From the NCBI GenBank assembly GCA_008632985.1, contig QPGO01000044.1:186001-250000 (forward strand): a stretch of 64,000 bases of DNA, given 5' to 3'. How positions within the stretch are numbered: position 1 is the stretch's first letter; each line of letters begins with the position of its first letter. The position numbers and the translations under genes were made by a program. The stretch comes from Psammoneis japonica. Lineage: Eukaryota. Shown in pieces: positions 37,657 through 49,499 of this stretch. The notes below the pieces were generated by a model. The model saw nothing but the letters and a program-made list of their open reading frames with translations, was not told the DNA's origin and ran no database searches.

Positions 37657-39335
37657 TTAGAAACAGCTCCCGTAAACGCCAATAAAAAAGTCAGTAACCT
37701 CCACTGAGCCAAACTGACCATCTGATACAATAAACGGTGTTTCTCCAGGAATCCCGAAGGTGTAGGATCCATCTCCATATAAACAGCAAATGCCGTCACC
37801 ATCTATCAGAGCAAAACAACAGAGACGACATTTAGAATCTATGTGAGGTACTCATAGATGATTTCACAAGGGGTCAAGCGCTTACATGAATCCTCAACAA
37901 CAAGAGTGTAATCATCGTCTTCTAGGCACATTGTTTCCACATATGTAGCAATCACAAAGTTCTGATAAGGACCACCGCTGGCAACTACGTTGCCGTTTGA
38001 ATCGGTCACCGTCCAGGTCGTCTCCGACCCAAATGAGTCAGTGGTGATAGACATTTCGACCTCGGTACAGGGACCTGGTGTAGCGGAAGGCGGTGGAGTT
38101 GGAGGCAACGTTGGCGGCGGCGGCGGGCCTGCCGTCAAATGACGGTAAGTCTCAACCGTGTCCACCATCTTCGTCGTCTGGTCTTGAGTAAACCGGAACA
38201 TGCAACAATCTAGCATCAAACAAAAAATGTGGTTGAGAGAGACAATAAAGTCACCTCATGAGAACATTTCCGTGAGGCTCACCGTCACTGTAGTCCATGA
38301 AATTGTGAATAGGATCCACTCCACCGCCCGGACATGTATCTCGGCCCATGTTACATCCAAAATGTGGGCTTGCCTCAGGAGGTGTGTCATCAATGCCGTC
38401 ACCCGGGAAACATCCGTCTTGGAAAGTGTGAAAAAGCCCAGCCCAATGGCCGACCTGAAAGAAAAGAAGGGCGTCAACCGGTGAGTTCGTTTCATACAAG
38501 ATAAGGGTGACAACAACATGCATCGAGCACTTTGCAGCACCTCGTGTGTAAGAGTATCTCCTTCATCGAAGTTTAGAGAGCCAAGGTCAGGAAATGTTGT
38601 CCACAGCATTACAACTCCGTCCTCCTTGTCAACAAATGCAGGGTCCGAAGGAGAGCAATAAAAGAATGGAAATGTGGCATATCCAAGAATTCCACCCTGG
38701 ATGGTACCAGTGTAGATGTTCAGGTCCGAACAGGTTCCCCTGTGAAGCTGAGGCTTGTAGTCGCTCTCCGTGCCTTGCATGTCATTAAACCAGATATCAT
38801 TAGCGATGCGGTTAGTTTCCTCTAGGACGAAACGTATCGGAGTCTCGAAGCCATCCGCAACATTGTTGATGCCCTGTGCAAAGGAGCAGCGATTGTAGAG
38901 CCTCTCAACTGCACTAAAACCGTCATTGAGAACGTCCATCTGCTTTTGGATCACCTGATCGCTGATAATACCGGTGCCATCTTGCCTGTGTATGTTGTGA
39001 AGGTACACCTTGACAATGTAAATGTCATCCTCTGTGAGTTCTTGTCTCGTTTCATTGTTCCAACGTTCAGGCGGAAGACGACCACTATCGATGAGAGCCT
39101 GCTTTTTCTTACGGTGATCTTCGAGCATATCTGTGAACCTTTTCGTGTCGTCTTCACTTGGAGCTTCGAAACCACACGTACGATGCTCACTTTCGTCTGG
39201 ACTATAAAGCCCTCGACGAACGTTACCGTGGTTATGATGATCGTCATCGTGATCATGGTGATGGTGATGCTGATGCCCTGCGGTCATGGCCACGAAGAGG
39301 GAGGAGAGTAATACTGGGCTGAAACAGAACTTCAT
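37657..39335 (-). CDS. Secreted zinc metalloprotease, M43 (pappalysin/ulilysin) family, with a C-terminal DGDGICC-type domain; 4 exons
   Basis: Signal peptide, His-rich propeptide, RTCG Cys-switch-like motif, LGYATFP, spliced [14 protein letters not shown] zinc motif, [11 protein letters not shown]et-turn. Confidence 0.9.
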
Positions 39336-39914
39336 TGTCTGCAAGAAAGCGCGTGAGATCGTCGAAATCCAAAATGGAAGAAGAGGGAGAGATTCGACCT
39401 GATGGACATTTGCTTTTTATTGCTTTTGACATCATCCTTCCGCGGTTTGGTGGGGATAACTTCAATGCGTTATGCGTTATGCGTTTAGAATGAGATTTTT
39501 CGTTTCCACTGGTCCACTGGTCGAGAAATTTGGCTGGCGTTCAGGCGTTGGGGTCTCACAGCACGGCCACGATAATATGTTCCTCTCTACTGTGCTAAAA
39601 TTCAAAATACTCTGTGTACGGTACTCATGGTAAAACGTCTTGCGTTAGCCGCGAGAAATTTCGCTGTCGTTCAGTCTCAAATCGCCACCAAAATCCCATA
39701 AGCCCTTGTTGATAGGAAACATGGCTCCGAATATTTGCATAAAAATGTCGAAATATTGATCAGTTGGACGTTGGATGGAAAATTTGGTCAAAGGTAAAAA
39801 ATAGTGTAGGAGGTGCTCCATGATGTGATCTTGCTTTTATCTTTCTCACTTTTCTGCTCGTAAACGTCGAGAGTAATTGTTGTCATAAAATTTCTCTACA
39901 GACAAGCAGCAAGA

Positions 39915-42900
39915 ATGGTTATCATGACGAGATGGACCGTTCTCTTTCCGGCAGGTTTGTTTGCACTTTCTTGTCGTGGAGGCATGGCGTCTGGTGAAGC
40001 GAACACCGCGCCTTATGTGATTAAAAAAGGTTGCAAAGAGGCCAAGTGCGCGGTTGACTTGTCCGATTTTACCTCTGGAGATCTCAGTGGCGTTGATTCC
40101 ATCATCTTCGAGCTAGATGGAGGTGACTCCCATACATTCAAACAGACGGGAAAGGTCATGCAAAATTTTTTCCATGGCGAAAACGAGAATAATGTGGATG
40201 CTATGAATCTGTTGGTGCGAAAGTTCCCGGAGAATGGCTCCGCTCTCTTGGTCGGTTCTATCTCTGTCGGGGAGAAAATCTACAAGATTCAGCCGGATGA
40301 GTTCGGAAACGAGAATATAATCGAGACCGATAGGGCTGACTATCCAGACGAAGCCGACCCTGAAGAAGTTGGAACTATTCAAGAGAGTAAGAAGCACAAG
40401 GTCGATTTTGATGGGCAACGGCGACGAAAGCTACTCCCTAATGATGATTCTGGGGGCATTATCGATATCATGGTTTTATGGACAGGATTAGCTGGTACGC
40501 AATCATCTTTCCATTTATGGTGTGTCTTTTGTTGCCTTGTTGCTCATCATCTTCTTTATGCAGAATGTAGAAATTCTGGGCTATCAATCGGTTGTACACT
40601 CACTGCTCAAACAAGGAACAACATGCTCACGCTAATCGACCTTTCAGTTGCAGAGACCAACACGGCGTACGACCTATCGGGCATCGAAACAAGCTTACGG
40701 CTTGTTCACGCCTATAGAGAGGCTTCATATGTCGAACTTGATTATTATACCACACTATACGATCTCAGGGGAACGAGTGACGGAAATATGGATGACGTAC
40801 ATGCGAAACGCATTGAGTACGGAGCGGATGTTGTGGCTATGCTTGTTGGTAGACAGGAATTTTGCGGTCTTGGCTTTGTGGGACCAAGATTTGATCTTAT
40901 GTTCTCTGTGACGAATTATTTCTGCTCTGCTGGATTTTTCACGTTTGGTCACGAAATTGGTGAGTCGCTTCTCTTCGCTCTCCCCGCTTCTTTTCAAGAA
41001 GAAGTTGGAATTGCACTTTAAGACTAACCAGTTTTTGCCTCTTTGATCTATTCTACAGGACACAACCAGGTAAGTCAAACGCATGCATTTCACTCCATGT
41101 AGGTTGACGAAAGCACGACTGAACATACAGCGACATAATCATTTGGATTCAAATAGGGATGCCTTCACGATCAAGGAACCGAGGGTGAATGTTCGACCAT
41201 AAACTATAACTACGGGTGAGTGCTAGTTCTGTCATTTTGATTTTGATGTGGTTTGATGTGCTAATTGAACACTTCCCTGGTTTTTCATTCTTAATTTCAA
41301 AAAGATGGAGAGACCCACAAGCACGCTTACGAACCATTCTAGCATACAACTGCGTAAGCGGTGAGTGCGACAATAACGTAGGGGGCGGTTGTACCCGGGT
41401 GCAACGTTTCTCTACTCCAGATAAATCAGTGAGTTAATTTTCGACGAAAATGCTGATCGTGTGCTTTTTGGTTCGAAGAACTTACAAAATTGCTTTTTTT
41501 ATGTTGCTTGGACAGTTTAATGGAATTGACCTTGGCAGCTCCACGGCAAACAATGTCCGACAGATCAATGAAGTAAAGGAGATAATTGCGGGATACACGA
41601 CAGCGATCACCCCGACGCCGCAACCGACCCCGTTCCTAATAACCCCTAGTCCGACAACGCCAACTGGCGAAGTACCGACAGGAGCATGCTGTTCAAAGTT
41701 TAAGAAAGAATGCAGCGTTACCACGAGGGCTAATTGCAACATCTTAGATGGTATTTACCAGGGCGACCGCAAGGTAAGCGACATAAACAGCTCGATTTAA
41801 AGTTGAACTGGTTTAGCTTCTAACGGGACCTCATCGTTTTGGCTATCTTTTGCTATCTCCAGCCCTGTGATCCTTATCGCTGCACGGTTGAAGGAGCTTG
41901 CTGTTTGTCGTCGGGAAGCTGTGAATCGGATAGCAAATTGTTCCGATGTGAAAACAAACTAGGTGGTGTGTTCCAGGGTTTCGGCACAAAATGCCAAGAC
42001 ACGTCATGCAAGGCGGGAGCGTGTTGTTCAAAATTCCAGAAAGAATGCAGCGTACTCCCCGAGGCTTCCTGTAGAAAGTCAGATGGAGTTTATCAAGGTG
42101 ATGATACGGTAAGAGCCACTTGACATTACTTTGAATTTCTTCAAAATGTTTATAGAACTCACTCCCCCTCCTTGATCATTTTTAGACCTGCAGTAATGGT
42201 CGCTGCTGTCTCGAAGGGGCTTGCTGCCTGGACTCGGGAGAATGCGTACCGAACGTCAAACGTTTTCGGTGCGAAAACTTTCTTGGCGGGACCTTCAAGG
42301 GCTTTGATACAGCATGCGAAGACAGCTTTTGTCCTGTCATTACTCCTTCTCCAACAATGAGCCCAACCACAACGGGGCTTACACCCGGAGCGTGTTGTTC
42401 GAAGCGCAGAAAAGAATGCTTAATTGACACAAAGGACTCTTGCGAAGCTTCTGATGGAGTTTTCCAAGGTGATGACACGGTAAGACCTGGTCACGTTATG
42501 AGCAAATGTGTGTGTAGCCTTTATTCTTACAAAGATCTGTGATTGCATCTTTGCCTTTTAAGCTTTGCGATGCGGATCGATGCGGTATCGAAGGGGCTTG
42601 CTGCCTTCCCTCGGGTGAATGCATTCCGGACAGTAGGCTTTATCGCTGTGAAAATACACTTGGTGGTACATTCCAAGGATACACCACAACTTGTACGGAC
42701 GGATTATGCCCCACGTCAGGAGCATGTTGTTCAAAGACTAAGAAGGAATGCAACGTGATCTCGGAATCGGATTGCAAGAATTCTGACGGAGTTTACCAGG
42801 GAGCCGAAACGGTAAGAGACCATTGAACAGAATCGATTCGAAGCAATGATAGGATTCTAACGGGGCCTCGGTCATCTATTTGTTACAAACTTTCAGGTTT

Positions 42901-43411
42901 GCAATGCTGATCAATGCTCACTTGAAGGAGCCTGCTGCTTGGATTCAGGGAGCTGCATCCCAAACAGGAGGATTTATAATTGCCAAACTCAACTTGGAGG
43001 TACTTTCCAGGGATACGGTACAACGTGTGAGGACGACTCGTGTCTCGTCACCAATGTGAAGCAAGGAGCATGTTGTTCAAAGACCGATAAAGTTTGCATC
43101 ATTGTCTCCGAGGAGTCTTGCGGACTCGTAGATGGTGTTTACCAGGGTGATGATACGGTAAGAGTCAGTGGCTTCATGCCGGTTTGTTGTTGAAACGTTG
43201 ATTCTAACATCGCCATGTCCACCCTTCTCCACCAAAGATTTGCGATTCTTATCGCTGCACTGTCAAAGGGGCCTGTTGTTTGGACTCGGGTGGCTGCGCT
43301 TCGAACACTAAGTCTTTTGAATGCAGGCAAAAACTTGGTGGAACGTTCCAGGGTTTTGGCACAAATTGCCAAGACAGCTTTTGCCCAGCCACGAGTACTC
43401 TTCAACTCTAG
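39915..43411 (+). CDS. Secreted metzincin (reprolysin-like/M12B-M72 type) with exon-encoded C-terminal GACC Cys-rich repeats; many introns
   Basis: Signal peptide; IDIMVLWT, RIEYGADVV, spliced FTFGHEIGHNQGCLHD; about ten GACC...C...(D/G)G.(Y/F)QG modules; TAG at 43409-43411. Confidence 0.85.
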
Positions 43412-43912
43412 ATAAAAGGTCAAGTTGATGAAAAGAGAAGAAAGTTAAAGAATGGCACGTGAGTTGACAAAACTTTGTTTCGTGTTACATTTATATGAAA
43501 ACGCTGATTAAATTGACATCAGTTAGTTTTAGATTGAGCAAATTTTACCTTAGTGAAGCGCGCATGAAGCGATGCAGTTATGTAACTAGGGAACTCGCCT
43601 GACGGATGAGGGGCGAAACGCTTGTTTGGAATTATGCTCAGGTCATGATAATAATCACAATCTACACTCTCCTTAGGAAAACAGTGAATCTTTCACGACA
43701 TGCGGGCATACACAACACGTATCGTACTCTATATATCTCTCAACTACCTAAGATAACACAACCCACCTTTTGCCTTTTTCCGTCGTACCACTAATTTAGA
43801 ACTGGCGGCCGACATCGCATCGAACTCTCACTTTGGTTGTTCAAAGTCACCATCATGGTCCAGTCCGGCACTTCCAATCACGAGCTACTCTTGAGCGTCC
43901 TGTCTATCGAAG

Positions 43913-44074
43913 TGAATAAATTACCCTGTAGTCGCATGAACTAGGGATAAGACTAAAAGAAAGGCTTGTAACATCGTGCTACTTTTCTAGAAGTGAAATC
44001 TAAACCTGGGGAACCGCCGTGCGCCCAATCGCCAATGACAAAGCACACCAAACTAATTGGAATTGATAACATGG
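43913..44074 (-). repeat. LTR-like direct repeat, copy A (3' LTR; retains TA/CG)
   Basis: TG...CA bounded (TGAATAAATT...GATAACA); homologous to 54121-54287. The true LTR may extend further. Confidence 0.75.
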
Positions 44075-45423
44075 TCGAGTCGGCTTGACCCAATTTACTC
44101 TCCGGCCGCATTTAGTCACTCTGGCGTGACAAGGAAACCCTGGCAACCTGCAACAACCCCATGGGCAAAAGGGAACCGGATGTGACAGACGACCAGTCTT
44201 CACAGATGCCATGGAGAAGCATGCCCACAAGTCCATCTTGCTTCATGCTGCCATGCATGATCTTGATTGCAAGATCTGCTGGATTGCATTCCAAACGAAT
44301 GTGTCCAGTGAGTGACTCACCCATTGCCACCGACTCTTGTGTGGTGTGGTGGCAAACAGAGTTTGACTTCTTCTTCAAAGTGGACTCTGGACTTTGTGTG
44401 TTGTGGACAACTGACATGTTGTCCCTGCAGATGTGGGGTGGACCAGCCAGCGGCACGCCCATCATCCTCAGTTTGTGTCGCAAGCCATGCAGAGACTCCA
44501 TGTCCTGCTTCATGGCTCTGCAAACTTGGCTCCAAAAACCAAGGTTTCAATCATGCTTTGGCACTTGGAAAACCACGTGATCAAGGCCATCTTCATGATG
44601 TGGATGAAGAAGCTGGTGCATGAGCGTCTTGTCAACTTGTCATTCACATGATCCAAGTTGACGAACAAGCACAGATCAACCTCCAAGCACAGAGGTTCTG
44701 GCACATTGGGTGGGATTGCTTCCTGCACGTCCCCATGAAATGACCTCCAGTCTCATTCTTTGAAGTCAGACATGTCAATGTCGGGATGTGTTGGGTTGAA
44801 CACCAACCTGGCATTGTGTCTTGCCTTGAGGTGTCCACAGACATGGAACATGGCCTCAAGGAGGTGACCCTCCCTGGGCACAGCAAGAAACAAGGCAAGC
44901 TCAGAAACCTCCATTGTCAGGTCGACACATCCAAGTTCCACTGTTCGTTGCAGGACACCCACCTGTGACTGGCAGACCATGCACCTGTCTCAGGACGACA
45001 GTCCCATGGAAATGGAGCTGATGCCTGACTTGGCAACGTCCGTCCAGGGTGGCATTTGTCCAGATGCACCTCCACATTCTTGATGGCCTGCTGGATGTGC
45101 TTGCTGGAGCTCATGCCCCATGCATGGATGCCATTTGGCATCTGCACCTCTCAGATGTTGGCACCCAGATGCATCTCAGGGTCGCCAGTTGAACCAGGCT
45201 TCATCTTGAAGCAATGATCCAACTCCTTGGGTGTGCTCATGGCATCGTGGTGTGCCATCAGTGCATCATCCATGTGCAGCAGTGCATGCACACAGTGCCA
45301 AAACCTGTCCTTGGGTTGGACTGCTTCCTTGAGCCATGCATCGGGATTGGCCAAGCAAGGCTTCCACCCAAGATGGTGCATGCAGGAGGCCAGGTGATTC
45401 CTGAAGGTTGCGCCTGTGCCTGT

Positions 45424-45712
45424 GCTCTTCAAACCGCAAAGTGTGTGCTTGACTGTCTCACACCTTCCTGCATTGTGTCCCAACTCTGGGCCCAGAGTCA
45501 TGGTGATCTTCTTGCTGTTGGGGGCAGCAATGCAAACACCCTCAATGTCAGTGGCCTTAACCTCCAAGCTCTTCAAACCGCAAAGTGTGTGCTTGACTGT
45601 CTCACACCTTCCTGCATTGTGTCCCAACTCTGGGCCCAGAGTTGTGGTGATCTTCTTGCTGTTGGGGGCAGCAATGCAAACACCCTCAATGTCAGTGGCC
45701 TTAACCTCCAAG
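45424..45712. repeat. 144-bp in-frame tandem duplication within the Copia RT
   Basis: GCTCTTCAAACCGCAAAG starts at 45424 and 45568; the copies are identical except for one CA/TG dinucleotide. Confidence 0.95.
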
Positions 45713-48700
45713 CAATTCAGAGCAGCCAGAGTGGAGGCAATCCTCACACTCTCACATGACACAATGCTGGCGCACATCAAGGTGGTGGGAGTGTCAGTGG
45801 TGCATCCACCAGCTGCATGGCATGCCTTGCACTTGAAGTCTTACAGCTTTACAGACCAAGTGACATCTGATGTGCTGGCATCCCACCAACTGCTTGTTGT
45901 CATCGATGATCTCAAACGCCTTGTCAACCACACCCATTTCCTTGTCTGCAGCATCTTGCCACATGCAGTTGCTGTTTGCCTGGTCAATCTTGACTGCCTC
46001 TTCATGCATCTTGGGAACATGCATCCTGCACTTGTGCACTTGCTTGTGATGCTGCTTGCTCACTGCAGCAATGATCTGCAGGCATTTCTTAAAGGTGTGT
46101 GGAACACACCATGCAAAAGCTGGTTCATCCTCAATTGATTGGGCTCTGGCACATTTGGCCGGTTCGACAGGGTTCGATTCCTTGAAGTCTGCAAGGCATT
46201 CCCATGTTGTGGTCCCATCCTTCCAGTGCACACAAAGGTGTTGTCCTTTGGTTGTCTTGTGCATGGTTTGGCATCCTCTGCTGTCCTGCAGAAGGTGGGC
46301 GTCATCCTTCTAGACTGCATGCCCATTGGTCTTGTGATCAACGACAGTGTCCAGAAGCAAGCACTGGTTGCCCTTGTTGTTGCATTGCATGGACATGTTC
46401 TCAGCTGTGACATTGGCCGCGAACTCATCTTCCTGGCCATCAGGAAATTTGACCTCATGTGCATGAGCATCTAGGATGGGATTGGCACTGGATCTGCCCA
46501 TCGGTGTTCCATCCAAATCGAGCTTGTGCCGTTTGACTGTCCCGGTTTGTTGGGTGTCCCCGCGTGGTGGCAACACTTCTGAGTTCACACAAACATCAAA
46601 AGCGGCATCGGGTGCATTTTCCTTGTCGGGTGCAATTGCAGGAGCCTCCTGGTTGGCATCATCTTCACGCGGATTGAAAGTGGGGGTTGTGGCATTGGGG
46701 TCATTGATGTCCTTGACCGTCACACCCGGACCTGGCTTGGCCTCTGTCAGCCCATCGAACTTCTTACGTGATGCCAAGTGTGTCTTGTGGCACTGTTCCT
46801 TAGGGCTCAAGGGTCAACAGGATGAATGGTGGATGACTTGTCCATTGTTCTTCAGCATCTTTGCCATCACAGCCCAACCTGTGCTGTGGCTTGGACCAAG
46901 GTGACGGCCTCAGACCTCCTTGTTCTCTGGGAATGAGATGGCTGTGTCCCCAAGCATGACTCAGTCACACCAACTGAACTCACTTGTGTGCAAAATGTCA
47001 GCTGTCTGTCCAGACACTGTGGTTTCTGGGACCTCTCCCTCCAACTCGTAAATGTCATGGACAGTGTAGAATCAGATGAGAGCTTCAAGCTCAAGACAAT
47101 CATCCCAAAGACATTTTGGGGATTGAGTCTTTGCCATCTTGTGTCCTGCACCCTGCTTGAGTTCACAAACAGTTCCCTCAGCAAAGTTGGACTGTGGGGC
47201 ATGCAGGGTTCAGTCTGCTTGATGTGGCAGTTGGCCTCCCTGGCCTTCTTGCTGAACTGACTCAGTGTCTGCTCCTTTGGCCCATCCATGATCATCATGT
47301 GGGGTGTGCCATCTTGCGCAAAGAGCAAGAAAAGTGCTTCATGTGCCAGTCCTTTAGATCTGAGGGAACAAGCCCATCCCCAACCATTGGACATGCCAAA
47401 GACCTGAGCACAGGCATTGCAACTTCTCAACTTGGTCTCAAGGAGATCAAGGCATTGGAGTGCATCTCCTTTGCAACATGCCTGTGCTGCAGCTGTTGGT
47501 TGTTGATCCAAAACCTCTGAGACAGTGTTGGATGAAGGACCATTTGCATGCCATGCTGCACCATGACTTTGACAGTGTTCTCAGCATCCTTGACACTGAT
47601 TGACCAATTCTTGGCCAAACGTTCTGCATCAATGTGCAGTCCCCACTTCATTGTCTTGAGTGAAGAGAGACTGATCAAGGCCAGCATCACATGGTCATCA
47701 TGTGCATGCAAGATGTCTTAAAGTGGATCTCTCTTGCACCATGGTGCATGAGAGCTTTGTGCTCATGATCTGGATCTGAGGATGCGCATTGTCCCTGGTC
47801 TCAGGCACATGACCAAGAGAGTCCATCATGGAATCCTCTCTGGCTTCAAAGTCAGCAGTTTGTGGGTCCCATTCTGGGGACTTGCAAGCAAGTTTTGCTG
47901 CCATGCCATCTTGCATGGCTGCCTCACACTCCAAAGCAGCAGGTTTGGAAGTGGGGGAGCAACTTGTGACCCCTTTGAGTTCCAACAGAATCAGGAGGTT
48001 GTCCCCATTTGCATCTGTTAACGTCACTGCATGTGACTTGCTGTCAGGCTTTGTCAGTGGGAATTTTGGTTGCAGGTTGACTCCCATGTCATTCAGCCAT
48101 GACTGTGGGACACAAAAGGTTGTGTTCAAGGTTCAGGACAGCATGCACTGCCTGGTGGACTGCCAGGATTCATTGTTGGCCCGAGGCGGGGTCAGCACAA
48201 GCAATGGCTCTGCTTGCAGTGTGCAGGCTCTTGTTGGCACCTTGTTCTGGGTTGCAACCTGTGACATCTGCTGGGCGATTGTGGTCAAGTGAAATTAAAG
48301 CAGGCTTGCCTGGTGCACTCATGTCTGCATGACCATCTAAGTCAGTGCAAGCTTCAGTGCATGTGGCTTCCTGCACGGTCATCTGAGTCATGCACAGAGT
48401 CCAAAGCGGGCTGAGACCTGGGGTTGGAGAGGATCACTCCTTCTCCTTCCTGCCAGGTTTGGGGTGTCCTTCAGAAACTGGAAGTTGGAGTGGTTGTGCT
48501 TCTGCTTGATGACAGGCCTTTTTGTGGTTTCCTTGGACTCACTGGCACTTTTGTCCTGCTGGTCCTCAACATGAGTGGCAATGGCTGCAACCACACTGGC
48601 AAGGGCCTTGATTTGTTTTGAGTTCTCAGCCACAGACATTGTGCCCTGGCCACTGCAAGAGTGTTGCACAGAGACTTGAGCTTCTTGTGAGGTTTTGGGG

Positions 48701-49499
48701 ACACTCGCTTGTGCTCCTTGTTGGGACAGTGCTTGTCCTCAACGTCTTTCTCATGAATGATGTCATTGCACTGGCGCTTGGCAGACTTCAAGGCAGCAAT
48801 GTGGAGCTTCTTGGTTTCACCATCCGGCTTGGACTGCTTGATGAAGTCTTTACAGAGGATGACACACCCATCAAAATCACTGTGCAGTGGTGTGCCAGCC
48901 ACAATTTGTGCTTTGATGGAGTCAAGGGATGCACCCTTGACACTGTCCACAAGGTGGCGCACCTTTGAGCACTCGTCAATTCCAGCACAGCCGCGCTCCT
49001 TGAGACCTTCAAGGACAGAGTGCTGTTTGACATGAACACACACCAAGCACTCGAAGTTCCAGTTTTGGCATTTGTCGTGGCAGGAAAGACCTGCTGAGCA
49101 CTTTTCAGCCGTGCTGGCCATGTCATCTGCGTTGTTGGGGCCCAAGAAGTGGTTGTGCCAATTCAGGTGGGCCATCCTGCCGTCCTGATTGTGCTGAGCC
49201 TTCTTGATGCATGCCCAACATGAATGTTTCCACGTGATCCCAGCAACAATCTCCCAAACCTTCATGTCATTGGCGGCAAATGTTTTGGTGGGCTGTGGGT
49301 CAGCCCCCTTGGCAAAGTGGGGGGCATGGGCAATCATTTTGGCGCAGGCATTGGCACAGCCGTCAGTTGTTGGCATCGTCGTCTGCCTCCGGCATCACCG
49401 TCTGAGTCCCTTGGACCATGCAGGCCAGGGGAATGTTGGTCTCCCTGCAACAAGCATGAAGATGCTCGTGGACAGCTTCCATCATCTTCGGCCAGTCCT

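Noticed and set aside
44072..44085. TGG after both LTR-like copies as a plus-strand PBS
   Set aside because: The internal domains are on the minus strand and the following bases match no tRNA 3' end I recognise; more likely the shared repeat simply extends 3 nt.
44112..47520. Alternative genetic code or RNA editing to explain Tyr->His/Cys
   Set aside because: Neighbouring host genes use Tyr normally; the changes also hit non-coding LTR DNA, both strands and a DNA transposon.
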